DNA from: Lama glama
Taxonomy: Eukaryota
DNA length: 64,000 nt
Direction of reading: 5' to 3'
Assembly: GCA_028534125.1 (NCBI GenBank)
Contig: CM052817.1
Span: 95,730,001 to 95,794,000 of the forward strand
This document shows positions 49,915-62,106 of the stretch, one piece after another. The translations under genes and the position numbers were made by a program. Within the stretch, counting starts at the first letter, position 1; each line of letters opens with the position of its first letter. Under the pieces are notes generated by a model. That model worked only from the letters and a program-made list of their open reading frames with translations. It was not told the DNA's origin and searched no databases.

Positions 49915-50730
49915 TATTTTTAAAAACTTTAAATATAATAATTTACATATTATAAAACTTCAAGTACACAATTTGTGAAAATAAATAAAGGAAACTTCAT
50001 TTAAAATTGAGTTGGGAAGCCCTGAAGGGGCGCTCTCATGCCTGTAACACTCACAGCGGCTTACAGACCCCAGCCAGGACAAAAGGTTTCCTTCTGACCC
50101 AACAACAAGCTGCCCACCACCTGCAGCCAATGAAGGACCACCCCAGCCCTCCCCGGCTTCCTCCTTCCCTGTATAAAAGCAAGCCCTTCCCCCTTTATTG
50201 TCCAGACTTGCCTATGGTTCACCGGAGTTTGCTTGTTCTGAAATACAATTCTCTGCTATTCCCAAATAAACTCATTTTCCTGTTAAAACGACTGGCTCTG
50301 TCGTTTTTCTAAGGTCAACAAATTCAAAGATTTTGTAGTACATTTACTGAGTTGTGCAACTCCCTGTGTAATCCAGCTTTCATCACCACCAATCTACTTT
50401 CTGCCTCCATAGATTTGCCTTTTTTGGACATTTCACATAGATGGAATCATACAATATGTAGTCTTTTGCGTCTGGCTTCTTTCAGTGAATGCCCCAAATT
50501 TTGTTTCATTCACGCATCAATAGTTTGTTCCTTTTTACTGCTAAATGGCATTCTATTATGCAGATATACCATATTTTGTGTATCTATGCATCAGTTAATG
50601 CACTTTTCAGTCATTTCTACTTTTTGGCTGTTACAAATAATGCTGCTATGAACATTTGCTACAAGCCTTTGCATGTATGTAAGCTTTCAGTTCTCTAGGG
50701 TAGATACCTAGGAGTGGAATTGCTGCGTCT
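49915..50730 (-). mobile_element. L1MB-type 3' fragment hosting a solo LTR
   Basis: AAGTACACAATT|CAAAGATTTT..TTACTGAGTTGTGCAAC rejoins across the LTR. Continues to GGGTAGATACCTAGGAGTGGAATTGCTG. Confidence 0.85.
49974..50320 (+). mobile_element. ERV1-class solo LTR
   Basis: TG...CA termini, perfect 4-bp TSD AATT (49970-49973, 50321-50324), CCAAT 50127-50131, TATAAAA 50172-50178, AATAAA 50265-50270. Confidence 0.9.
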
Positions 50731-53202
50731 CAATTACTTCTTATTTGACTTTGGTTAGTGTATGATGGACAAAGAAATCCAGTTATAGTAGATCCATTTC
50801 TATCCGATCTACTGAATACAAAGAAATGTTAATGAGGGTAAGGAAGATTAAATTATGCATGAAAGAATGCTGATTTCCTTAGGACATGTGCCATGATATT
50901 TATTTTCTATCTCTTACCCCCAAAGTGAATTTTCAAAGCTGGCTTTTGAAGGAACCTACAGTAGATTGGGTGACTGTCACTCAGCATCCATTCCAACTCT
51001 CTCTCCTTGTGCCTTCAACAATTATTTAGCGAATAGAGTTCATGAGCAGGTGATTTACTAAGGAGATTCTTCCAGGAAAGACCAATAAAGGTATGGGAGG
51101 AGCAGACAGGGAGGGGAAAGATGCCAAGCAAGGATGGATCTCAGTAAAGCCCGGCAGAGGGTGGTTTCCACCCGATCCCAGCAGGAAAGTGGTGGTAAGT
51201 ATAGGGTAAGTGATGGTTCATAATCATCTTCCTCCAGGGCAAGGGAGCTGGGTCTCCTATGCCCACAGCTGCCAGTCATTGATTAAGAGCTGCCCCCAGG
51301 GGGGTGGGAGTTTTCAGGCTTTTCCAGCGCTGGGTTTGTAGGCACTGTGGTAGCTTCACATGCTCACCAGTGAGAGGACCATTCCAACCACCCTGGGAAA
51401 GGGGCTGGAATTCCCAGGAATTGGGCCACTGCCCACTCTCTGACCTTTTATGGTCAGCCTTGAAGCTGCCATGGTGCCTGTGGGAGTGTCATTTACCATG
51501 CTAATATTACATTGATCGCGTAATGAAGCTCAAGGTCTACTAGGAGTCAAATCTCCTGCCATCGTGAGCCTTACGGTATGCTGGGAGTTGAATCTTCCAC
51601 CATTTTGGTGTTACCTGCTGCGTCATTCCTTGAATGCTTGTGCCCTGCCCCCTCCCTCCCGTCTCACAGGGACTGTGCCCTGGAGAATCTCACATTGCCC
51701 GAGAGACCTCTTCTTTTTCTCCCCAACATCCCCCATCCCAGAGCTTGCTTCCTGTATTTTCCCTCTTGATGACATAAATATGTTAAAAGCTTTAACTCTC
51801 AAGGGCTTTTCAAATGCACTGGACTTACTTTTGAATATCCATGGTATCTTGCTAAACCAAAATGCCATCTATCTCTGATGACACTTGGCAGAAGTTTTGA
51901 AGTTCATTTTCCTCCTGCTTCTGCAGGATCAGTTTCTTTCTTTCTTTTTTTAAGGATCAATGTCTCAGGCAGAGTTTACTGCACCCTATGACGTGTGCAC
52001 TTGAGGGTGGAATGTATGTGGAGTGGTTCTTGTTCTGCTGCAGTTGGGGAAAAAAATGAGATGATTTATCCAAGAAAAGAGAAAGCTAAGAAACAATTTA
52101 ATAGGCTTCAAATAATTTTTTTTTTTAGTATCTTGAGAGAGGAGAGTGGTAGTTCTGATAATCTCAAATTTATGAACAACATTGAAATGCCTATGTTTGC
52201 ACACTTGACTTAGCTAATTTTATAATGAGTTTGCATTCACCTGCTCTTTGAGAATATACCAGCTGAGTCAGAAAAGGAGATGGTGCTGTGGTAATGTGTA
52301 GGATGGCAGGCAAACTCAACCTAGGATTAAAAAAAAAAAAAAGCCACAAAGTGGATAATTAAGAGCTAACTATCCACAAAGAGATATTATATAACCATTC
52401 TTCAACCCCAGGAAAGACAGAAGTGGGTTGAGGGAGGGAGAGAGGTGAGGAGGAAGATCGCAGAGAGGAGGAGCTAGCCGTTCTATTTCTCTGTGCTTAT
52501 GGTGCTAGAATTTCCTGCCATCTCTGCTGAGGGTCTTTCCTGTACTTTAGATAAGAGTCACAAAGTCTTCGCACGCTAGCTGGTAGTTGCTTAGTTCCCT
52601 ACTGAAACTATGTATCCAGAAGCTCCTGTAGGAGGATCCAGATATACGTAGTGGTCTACTGTAGCCAAGGCCAGTGTTCCTTGGAAAACTTCAATTTCCA
52701 CTGTGCTTCTGAGAACTAAACAGAGACTGAGCTATCCTGTGCTTCACTTTCTCCTTACCTCCACCCATACATTGTTTTCCTAAGGATGGCAGAGAATGAA
52801 CCCACATCTGGAAGAAGAAGAAAAGGAAGATGTTCTGCTGCCCTCCAAGAAGAAGAGCAACAACAACAACATACTCATTATGCCCCCTCCATGCGTCTGC
52901 CTGGTTTATGAGCAATCCAGGGTCTCTCCAGAGTTCAGCTTAGCATGGCCCTGAACTTAACTCTATCCAAGAAAGCAGGTTTTCTAGATGCTAAAGAATT
53001 AAAGAGACAAAATGAAGATTTCCTTGAGTGAAGGGAAGCAAGGGGGTTAGGTAGGTGGGTGGAGAGGAGGGAGTGTGGGAACCATGATGCATGATGAAAA
53101 AGGCTATTGTCAAGGTCTTAGCTTTGGTTTAAGGTGGCAAGCTCCTAGGTGCTGACGATATTATTACAAAACAATTAACCAAATAAACAGAAGCAGAGTT
53201 TT

Positions 53203-53329
53203 TATCTTCTTATTTTTTATTGAAGTATAGTCAGTTTACAATGTTAATTTCTGGTGAACAACATAGTGATTCAGTTATACATATATTTTATGTGTATATA
53301 TATTTTATGTGTGTGTGTGTATATACATA

Positions 53330-53370
<41 letters not shown>

Positions 53371-53451
53371 CTTTTCAGATTCTTTTTCACTATAGGCTAT
53401 TACAAGGTGTTGAATATAGTTCCCTGTTCTATACAGTAGGACCTTGCTGTT
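53203..53451 (-). mobile_element. Short L1 3' end with an expanded (TA)n tract
   Basis: TTATTGAAGTATAGTCAGTTTACAATG..GAATATAGTTCCCTG..TACAGTAGGACCTTG. TSD CAGAAGCAG(A)GTTTT at 53188-53202 and 53452-53465. Confidence 0.9.
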
Positions 53452-54311
53452 CAGAAGCAGGTTTTGCATGACCTGCAATGATGACAGTGTGTCATGAATC
53501 AAGATTATGGTCAGTGTGATGCTGAGTTCCCGAGAATGAAAGGGGGAAAAGACAGGTACTGGCTCTCTCTGCTGGCACTATTCCTGGCCCATATTTTTAA
53601 ACTTCAGATTATTGAAAGGAATTTAGGAAGGAAGGGAGCGCTGTTGGCTGTGGTGGGTGACGTCACGATGAGTTCTATGGCTCTACCTATAATGCAATCC
53701 CTCAGTCCTCGCAGAGTCCGTGGACTTGGTATGACACCCATTTCACAGAGGAGAGGACTGGAGCTCAGAGAGATTAGATGGTGTACTCAGGGTCACAGAG
53801 TTAGAAAATGGTGTCATCGGGTTTGTCACCTGGGTCTGACTCCTGAAGCCTGAGCTCGCTCTCTGCTGTACCACGCAGCAGGCCAGGGGTCTCACGAAGA
53901 GTGATGCTGGGTGGGCAGGCAAGCCATCCCTCCTCTCCCAGGGTTCCCAGCCTGGTGCCACGTTTGTGGACAGTGTTTGTCCTTTTATCCTATAATAGGG
54001 TGGAGCAGAGTGATAATGATAACCTTAATCTGCACCATGGACAGCCTCATCATGCCCAGTTTCTCAGAGATCTTTGTTTTAAGTAATTGAACTGCTTTTC
54101 CTGGAAACAAAATTGTGTAAGTTTCGGATATTAAACAAATTAAAACCATGCTACATTATCATCTGTTAACCAAAATGTTAAAACAACAACAACAAACAAC
54201 AAAACATAACTGCCAATCCCCAGAGCAGGCAGTTGCGAGAAGAAACTATGGCGACACACAAGGCTGGGTACCTAACACGGGTCAGGTGGCTTCTATGCAC
54301 AAGACTCACAG

Positions 54312-54570
54312 CAGTGCTTCAAAATAGCCAGTCTTGAGTCCTCAGTGGGTTTTGAAATCAGTCTAGGAGGTCTCAGCCAGTATTTTCCTTTCTTAAAGAA
54401 AAAGAACAGAATAGAAAATGGATTAATCTGTATGGTAAGGTAAGTATTGTTTTATACAGGCCTTTGTTCCAGTCATATGGGTGCATGTGTGTATGTTTGC
54501 ACATGTGGGGACACTTGGTTAGTGGATTTCTTACTGGGGGTGATGGTCAAAGAAGCTTGAAGGCCCTTCT
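54312..54570. mobile_element. hAT-Charlie MITE (Charlie4-like)
   Basis: CAGTGCTTCAAAA..CAGTGGGTTTTGAAATCA..GTAAGGTAAGTATTGTTTTAT..ATTTCTTACTGGGGGTGATGGTCAAAGAAGCTTGAAGGCC. Confidence 0.65.
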
Positions 54571-54979
54571 GTGTGACCCCCTCAGAGCATTAAGGAACGC
54601 CTCTGCGGTGCCAATGGGGAGGTAGCTGAGAACGTGCCCTCACCTTGTGCACACACAGGGAACACGAGCTGGCTCGCATGCAGGAGGCATATCCATGACC
54701 CGTGCTCTGCAGGGTTAGAATTAGATATTGAGGCAAGTCAGGAATGCAGGCCACTTTAAAGCAGATGGCACCTGGGTATAATTTAGAACATGAATGGTCA
54801 GTGAGAGAGTTGGGCTGGACATAGTCATTTGGACTGAGTAATTGTATGAGTTATAACAGGGTAGAAATACTGTGGCCTCACTGCCTGTAGATACTTTGGG
54901 AAAGAATGTCTCTTGTTATGAGAAAGAATGTCTCCTATTTATTATGGACAGGAGTTACTTATTTGTCCTTTTGAGAGTA

Positions 54980-55342
54980 TAGTCATCCCTCAGCTTCCAG
55001 GGGGTGAAGGGGGTGGGGACTGGTTTCAGGACACCCGAGGACACCAAAATCTACCCATGCTCAAATCCCTTCTATAAAAAGCTGTATCATTTGCATATAA
55101 CCCACACATATCTCCCCATAATCTTTAAATCATCTCTAGATGACTTATAATACCTAATACAAAGTAAGTGCCATGCAAACAGTTGTAAATATAATGTAAA
55201 TGCTAAGTAAATAGTTGCCATTGTGTGGCAAGTTTGTTTTGCTCTTTGGAATTTTCTGGATTAAAAATTTTTTTTTAGTATTTTCCATCTGAGGTTAATT
55301 GAATCCCTTGATACGGAACCCGCGGATACAAAGGGCTGACTG
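54980..55342 (+). mobile_element. Tigger-family MITE (MER2B-like)
   Basis: TA flanks, (C>T)AGTCATCCCTCAG...GCGGATACAAAGGGCTGACTG termini. Same family as the 34655 copy, opposite orientation. Confidence 0.88.
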
Positions 55343-57469
55343 TAATTCAAGACCTGTGCAGTTATCACTAAAATGCAACCAATACCAGCAATAACTCCCA
55401 CATTTGTCTACCTGGCGTCAGGCGCCCTCTCAGGTGCCCTGCCTGCATTCTCTTTCATCCTCTCAAAGACCTTACAAGGCTGTCCTGTAGAAGGTTTACA
55501 TGGAAAAGGACACAACCATGTGTGGTTCCGAGGGTGGACAGGAAGCTGGTTGCCCTCACACGAGTGCATAAGATGCCATTAATTTGGTGGCATTTGCTCA
55601 GTCCTTGGCTCTGTAGGCACAGATGCCCACGTGAGTCAGCATCCTGAGAGCCGGGCTCTCAGACACAGGTCTAAAGTGCACAGAAGTGTGGACAACCAGA
55701 ATGCCTGCTGATTCAGTCACGATGAGAATAACCGTGACCCTGCCTGGACTGCGGAAGTGAGTATGAGGATGAGCTTGGGAACTCAAAGCCCAGTTAGAAG
55801 CTTGAGTGTTGAACTTGGAATCAGAAAAAAAGATGGGAGTTGACCACCAAGGTTTGAATGTTATCAGGTCAAAACGGCCTGAAGCATCTCTCGGAGGTGA
55901 GGGTTGCCTGTCCTCACCCTGCACCCAGGTAAGGTTCTCCATGAGAGGGGATCCAGGGAATATTTAGGGATCAAAGCAGCAGCCTGTGCCCACCTAGCTC
56001 CCAGGCTCCGAGCTGAGAACCCCCCCAAACTGAGGAAAGAGCAGGGCCAAACTGACTTACCCGCCCAGATGCACCCTGAGAAGTGGGAGCAGGAGGAGGC
56101 AGAAGGCAGCCTCGTGAAGACTTGAGGCTTGTGAGCAGCAGCGCTGGGCGGGCCGGTCCAAGAGAGCAAAAGGGTTAGAGGTGCAGGAGCGCTGCCCCTG
56201 ACTCCATCACCCCGCCCCCGGGCCCAGCAGGCCGGGGGTCGACAGGCTGTCCTGAATCTGGTTAGCTCTTCCTCCTTCTGGAAGCAGTGAATGAAAGGGT
56301 GGTGAGTGTGATCCCAACTGTTTTGGCAATAGTCTGCAAGTTGGGTGGGGGAAGTTCCCCTCATCTGTGAGCCTGAGATACAGGAAAGGAAATTAACACT
56401 CACAGCCGCAAACGGGCAAGCCAAGGCCTGGACTCCTGGCTGTCCTTGGCCAAGTTGCCTCTTTCCCCTCAGTTATTTTTAGAGGGATGCTCTGAGCTTG
56501 GCCTGGGACCCCATGAAGGCAGGCAAGGCAGACCTGTTCACTGCCTTGAGCTCAGTGCTTAGCACACTCTCAAAATGTGAACGAAGCATCTGAATTTGCC
56601 CCTCGGCTCTCTCCTTTTCCCTTCTCCCATAGTTCCCAACACGACTATAGATTGACCATTCTGCCTTTAGCTGTGTTAATATCTTCAGTCAGGTTAGTAC
56701 AGATGACTTTGAGCAGCACTGCTCCGTATAGCAGACACCAGCTCCGTGGTTTAGCTATTGCAAGACAATCTCATTTTCCTCCATTCCTTATACCAGGTTC
56801 TTTATGGGGACATTTCCCTGTGGCTGTAAAGTGCTTACCATTTCATTCACATCCTTCAGTCCCTTAAGAGCAGAGGCAAAGTTAAGGTCCAAGGTCACAG
56901 GGGAAAAAAGTTACTAGATGGACTGTTTGAACCACTCCTGTTAGACATTTGTGTTTTCAAGAGAACTACCAGAGAAATTCAAGCCTTCACAAAACTCCAC
57001 ATTTATTTCCAACCCCACAGCAGTCATCTTGCCAGAGAGAGGAAACTGTTTCTAATTTACACTTGGTAAAGGGCAGCTTCTGAAAATTTACCTTTGGTGC
57101 CCAGAATTTAATTTTACTACGGGGTTAATAATTTTATTTGGGTGGCTCCATAGCTTAGGTAAGTGAGCAGTGTTTCCATAACTGCTGTGAAGAGAGGCTC
57201 TGAAGGGGTTGTTGTAGGCACAGCCTGGGGAGACCTGGTGGGGTTACCTGCTGCTGCCGGAAGGCACAGGTGCCAGTTCCGCCCCCTGCAGCCCCGACCC
57301 ACCAGATCGGTCTCCAGGGAGATGAGCAGGGCGAAGGCTGATGTCTCTTTGCCTTTTTCTTCCAACTTCCTGCTCTTCCATCACTTCCAGTGCCTGCACA
57401 CAAGTGACCTGGGCTACCCCCTTCCTTTTCTCTTCTCTTTTCAGGTTCTCAAATGACTGGATAACTTTT

Positions 57470-57691
57470 TTTCTTTAATTTTGTTTTTTATTGAAGTGTA
57501 GCTGATTTACAATGTTAGTTTCAGGTGTACAGCAAAGTGATTCAGTTGTCATATACATACATGTGTATTTTTTTCAGATTCTTTTCCATTATACGTTATT
57601 ATAAGATATTGAATGTAGTTCCCTGTGCTGTAAATTAGGAGTTTGGGGTTAACAGATACATGTTACTATATATAAATAGCTAAACAACAGG
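57470..57691 (-). mobile_element. Short L1 insertion with a 5' inversion
   Basis: Minus-strand 3' end at 57470-57631, plus-strand upstream segment at 57632-57691. TSD GAC(T/A)GGATAACTTTT at 57455-57469 and 57692-57706. Confidence 0.9.
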
Positions 57692-57809
57692 GACAGGATA
57701 ACTTTTAAAGCCTTTCTTTCCTAATTTCGTCCACATCTCCTCAGCTACTCAAATGCACAAAGTTCTCTGTCCAGTTAAGGAGACAGTGCAAATTTCACCT
57801 TTGTGAATG

Positions 57810-57995
57810 TAGCCCATGAAGCCAGACTTCCTAAGGCTTAATCCCAGCTGCCTTGGAGGGTTTTTTAATTTCCTTGTGCCTCAGTTTCCACATCTGTAAA
57901 ATGGGAGTGATATCAATAGCACCTACCCCGTATGGTTCTTATGAGAATCAAATGAGTTAATACACATAAAGTGCTTAGAAATGTTGCTTAACACA
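57810..57995 (+). mobile_element. MIR SINE
   Basis: TGTGCCTCAGTTTCCACATCTGTAAAATGGGAG..ATAGCACCTACC..AAATGAGTTAATACACATAAAGTGCTTAGAA. Confidence 0.9.
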
Positions 57996-59317
57996 CACAA
58001 GAGTGTTTGCTGGGGGTGAAAAAAAAAAACCAAAACATGTCACAGGTGGGGAAGAATGAATAGGAACATGAAAATGGGCCTTAGAACACGAATCATAGTC
58101 CATACCCTGTTCCTTTGATTGAGAATGGGGAAATACCCTTATATTTAACCCTGGATCTGTTCTTTTTGTGTAAACTGAACTTAGTACATAAGTATTTGCT
58201 CATTTCGTTTTCTTCGTTTGCTCATATTTACTACCGTTTTCTCTTGGCAGAGGGAAAAATCTAGCCCCTTTTGTGAGGAGATATTTCTGGCCAGTTTTTT
58301 AATGTTGTTCATAACCATGACTGTTTTTTTATGCCCATGTGATACAACCTAAATGACTGCCCCGGCATCACATGGTTCTTATCCCAGGTATGGGGAGAAA
58401 AATGCCAGGATATTATGGGGAAGAAAGAAGTAAACATCACCGACCCACCAGTAACCCCCTCCTCCCGTATTCGGTCTTTAATTACAGAACTGTATTTATG
58501 TACCTATTTAGATAATTACATGTTTACATGTCTTGTCTCCCCTCGATCACAAGCTGGTGTCTGTTCTATGTTATGTATTCTCAGTGCTCAGAGCAGCGCT
58601 ATACTTACCTGTGGGCGTGTAGGCACAAGTTGCTGACAAACTGAAGTTGTTGGCAGAAAATCAATATAAATGTACCATACATTAAGCAAATCTTACAGAG
58701 TCCGTCCAATTTGCCAGTTTTAAAGGACCAAAATGAAAGGAAAGAATTAAAGATATTGAGAGTGGTTTGCATTTTTCTAATCCCATTTTCTGCAGAAAGG
58801 TCTGAGAGGCACTCTTAAACATACTTTCGTTCTCATATGCACACAGAAGGGATAGATAAATAGATATGCTTATGACATGTGTGTGTGAGACATCCATGCA
58901 TGTGTGAGAGAGATGTGTATGTGTAGACACACACATCTAATGTGTGAATTAGCTATTCAGTTGGTTCATCCACAAGGAGAAAAATCACATGGTCAAAATT
59001 ACCTTAGAAAATTGCATATATCACTTGGGACTCTGTGCTTCAAAGCTTAAGAAAAAGAAGGGTTAGCTTCTTTTATTTCTGTTTACACTTTCTCTGTGAT
59101 CTTGTTCTCTTTGGCTCCCTGGAGTCTAGAGTCTCATTTGAAAGTGGGGTTCATGTAACGGGGTAACAAATTTTTTTTTCCTTTTTTGGGGCACTGAGGT
59201 TAATGAAAAGTAAATGCTTTTAAATGCAACTTCATAGTTTAGATATACGTATACATACATGTGCATGAATTTATATGTATGTATACATATATGTCTGTGT
59301 GCGTCATATTATAATTT

Positions 59318-59435
59318 GGTTTTTTGTTTTTTGGGGGGAGGAGTGGTAATTAAGTTTATTTATTTATTGAATAGAGATACTGGGGATTGAATCCAGGACC
59401 TCATGCATGACTCTACCACTGAGCTATATCCCCCC
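59318..59435 (-). mobile_element. Vic-1 SINE with a small anticodon-arm deletion
   Basis: Perfect 13-bp TSD CATATTATAATTT at 59305-59317 and 59436-59448, reverse tRNA-Ala head. Confidence 0.9.
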
Positions 59436-60029
59436 CATATTATAATTTAAACTTTCATTTTTATTACGACATTAAATTCCTACAATGAACGTGTAAAACA
59501 AGGTTTCCATTGACAGTTCAGGGACCTGAGAATGTTGAAGGGATTTGCTCACGGCTGGTAGAGGGTAGAGCCCTCGGTTGGACCTGGAGGAAGAAGCTTA
59601 GGGTTTGATGCTCCTCCACTAAAAACACTGCCTCCCCAACGCTCATCACAAATGGTGATAATGAAGGAGATTTTGAAACTAGGGATAGATGATGTCGTTT
59701 TTGCAGCAGCGTGTGATCAGAAACTGGCAGGGCCCTTCACGAAATCCTCCTGTTCACAGAGGGGCAAACTGATGCTCAGATAGGCCAAGAGACCTACCCC
59801 AGGTCCTCCCTTGTGGATGGAAGGACTAAGAGAGCAAGTCTGGCTCTCCACTCCCAGTCCATTCCCCCACCTCACCTCCTCGACCTCAGCCGGGGAGCTA
59901 GATCTCAGAATGCAATGAGAAAAATCCTTCGCTGAGTGCTAGGGAGAAATATGAACAGTTACTTGGAAAATGACAAAGCATGCGTAGATCATTTATGAAG
60001 GAAGATACATATATTTCTTAAAAGCTTGA

Positions 60030-60590
60030 CTTACCTTGTCAATGAAAAAAATGTAAATTAAAAGAAAAAAACACTTTCACCCAGTAGGTAAAGATTTTAT
60101 TTATTTTTTACTGCTAATGTTTTGAGGGACAGGACCTCCCTGTGTGACAGACACTCTCCTAGCTGGTGGAAGTAAAACTTTTCCAACCAGCCAAGAAAGC
60201 AATTAAGTAGTGTGTATCTAGAACCTTAAAAATGTCCAAGGCTTTGGATCTAGCAATCCAAATCCTAGGACTGATTTCCAAAGATAATCACATATGTGGC
60301 CAAAGGATATTACTTGCAGCATTATTTATAGTAATGAAAAATTGATAATCATGTATGTTCCCAAGTAAAGTGGTTTAATAAATCAGTGTAAATTCATGTG
60401 ATGTGATATTGTGCAGCTGTTAAAATCATAGCTTTGAAAAATATTTGATAATTTGGAAAAATGTTTATGATACATTAAGTGAAAAAGAGAATCCAAAATT
60501 GTATATAATCTGATTCCTATTTTGCTGTGAATAGTATATTGAGAAAAGGACCAGAAGGAAATCAATTAGAGGCTAATATTTCTGGGTGGC
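60030..60590 (+). mobile_element. L1ME-type 3' remnant
   Basis: AAAATGTAAATTAAAA..GAAAGCAATTAAG..TTTGGATCTAGCAATCC..CCTAGGA..TTGCAGCATTATTTATAGTA. Confidence 0.65.
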
Positions 60591-60702
60591 GAGCCTTGGA
60601 ATGTGCTCGGCACATAGGAAGGTTGTGCAATTTTGCATATTTGTTGCTCGAATAAGCAAATGAATGAACTGTGGGATTATGGCTAATTTAAATTTTCTTC
60701 TC

Positions 60703-60891
60703 AGAGGGGAGGGTATAGCTCAGTGGTAGAGCACATGCTTAGCATGCACAAGGACCTGGGTTCAATCGCCAGTAGCTCCATTAAATAAATACATACATAC
60801 ATACATATGTACATACATAAATAAATAAAGGTCCTAATTACCTCCCCCCTCTAAAACAAACAAACAAACAAACAAAAAGAACAAACAAAAA
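60703..60891 (+). mobile_element. Vic-1 SINE (best-preserved copy)
   Basis: GGGGAGGGTATAGCTCAGTGGTAGAGCACATGCTTAGCATGCACAAGGACCTGGGTTCAATCGCCAGTAGCTCCA, close to tRNA-Ala(AGC). Perfect 14-bp TSD TAAATTTTCTTCTC at 60689-60702 and 60892-60905. Confidence 0.94.
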
Positions 60892-61196
60892 TAAATTTTC
60901 TTCTCCATAGTTTTTGAAGTTTCCCAGATTTTACACAGTAAGAATACATTCTTTCTATTATTATAAAAATTTACCGTTATAGAAAAGGTATAATATGTTG
61001 ACACTGAGTGAATGAGACAGGAAAAATGAAGTTCTTTTGTTCAGTATCCTTTATTGTTATTGTTTCCAAAAGTTCAAAATATTAGGACTCAATATTGGCT
61101 CGTTGCCTTTTTCATGGGGAGGCTGGATGGATCCCTTTAAAAATTAGGTTGCTCTCCATTCCTACTTAGTGATCCTAGTTAATAGAATTTCATCTT

Positions 61197-61535
61197 TCAA
61201 GACAAATGTTACATGATGTCACTCATATGTGGAAATTAAAAAGTAATAAAAGTGAAGCTATATACAAAACAGAATCAGACTCCTAGACATAGCAAATAAA
61301 CCTTATGGTTACTAAAGGGGAAGGAGGGAAGGATAAATTAGGAGTACAAGATGAATGGATACCAACTACCAGACATAAAACAGAGAAGCAACAAGGATGT
61401 ACTGTATAGCACAGGGAACTATATTCAGTATCTTGCAACAACCTAAATGGAAAATAATATATATATAAATGAACCACTTTGCTGTACACTTGAAACTACC
61501 ATAATATTGTAAGCCAAGTAGGCATCAAAAAAGAA
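61197..61535 (+). mobile_element. L1 3' end (artiodactyl-type)
   Basis: AAGACAAAT..CATGATGTCACTCATATGTGGAA..GGATAAATTAGGAG..CTGTATAGCACAGGGAACTATATTCAG..GCTGTACACTTGAAAC..AAAAAA. Confidence 0.88.
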
Positions 61536-61556
61536 ACCATCTGCTGAAGAGCACCC

Positions 61557-62106
61557 CGTATTAGTCAGGGTTCCCAAGAGAAACAAAACTGATAGGAGAT
61601 GATACAAATATAGATGATACAGATTTAGAGATTTATTATGAGGGATTGGCTCACACGATTATGGAGGCTGAGAAGTCCCACGATTTGCTGTCTGCAAACT
61701 GGAGAACCAGGAAAATCAGCCTGTAGTTCCAATCCAAACCGTATGGACCAAGAATGGGAGGGAGCAAGGAGCCTGCGTGGGGCTGGGGGTGCTGGCCTAA
61801 GTCCCAGACTGAGTCTGAAGATCTGACAGCCAGGAGCACTGATGTCCACGAGCAGAAGTTAGATATCCTGGTTCAAGCCAAGAGAACAAATTTACCCCTC
61901 TTCTGACTTTTGTTCTATTCCTGCCCTTAGCAGATTGGACGATGCCCACCCACACTGGGGAGGGAATTTTCTTTACTCGGGTCTACTGATTCAAATGCTA
62001 ATCTCTTCTGGAAACACCCTCACAAACACACTCAGAAATAATGTCTTACCAGCTCTCTGGGCATCCCTCAGCCCGGTCCAGTTGACACAAAAAAGGAACC
62101 ATCACA
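61557..62106 (-). mobile_element. ERVL solo LTR (MLT2B-like)
   Basis: (C)GTATTAGTCAGGGTTC...GATTCAAATGCTAATCTCTTCTGGAAACACCCTCAC..AACCATCACA, homologous to 6878-7411. Confidence 0.88.

Noticed and set aside
54900..54934. 13-bp direct repeat GAAAGAATGTCTC with a short spacer
   Set aside because: Only two units, best explained as a decayed tandem duplication. Not an array or CRISPR-like structure.
34655..55342. Inverted MER2-like pair as a composite transposon
   Set aside because: Each copy has both of its own TIRs and TA duplications, the two are diverged, and the family is high-copy.
55864..56424. 186-aa minus-strand ORF
   Set aside because: Non-ATG start, no recognisable homology, and explained by locally high GC.
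60706..60780. Possible tRNA-Ala(AGC) gene
   Set aside because: It has a 5' extension, stem mismatches, a SINE body and tail and a 14-bp TSD, so it is a Vic-1 SINE. The same applies to the other six copies.
6878..62106. Two same-orientation MLT2B-like LTRs as the ends of one provirus
   Set aside because: They are ~54 kb apart with no gag/pol between them, and the left LTR has its own GAGGA TSD. They are independent solo LTRs.
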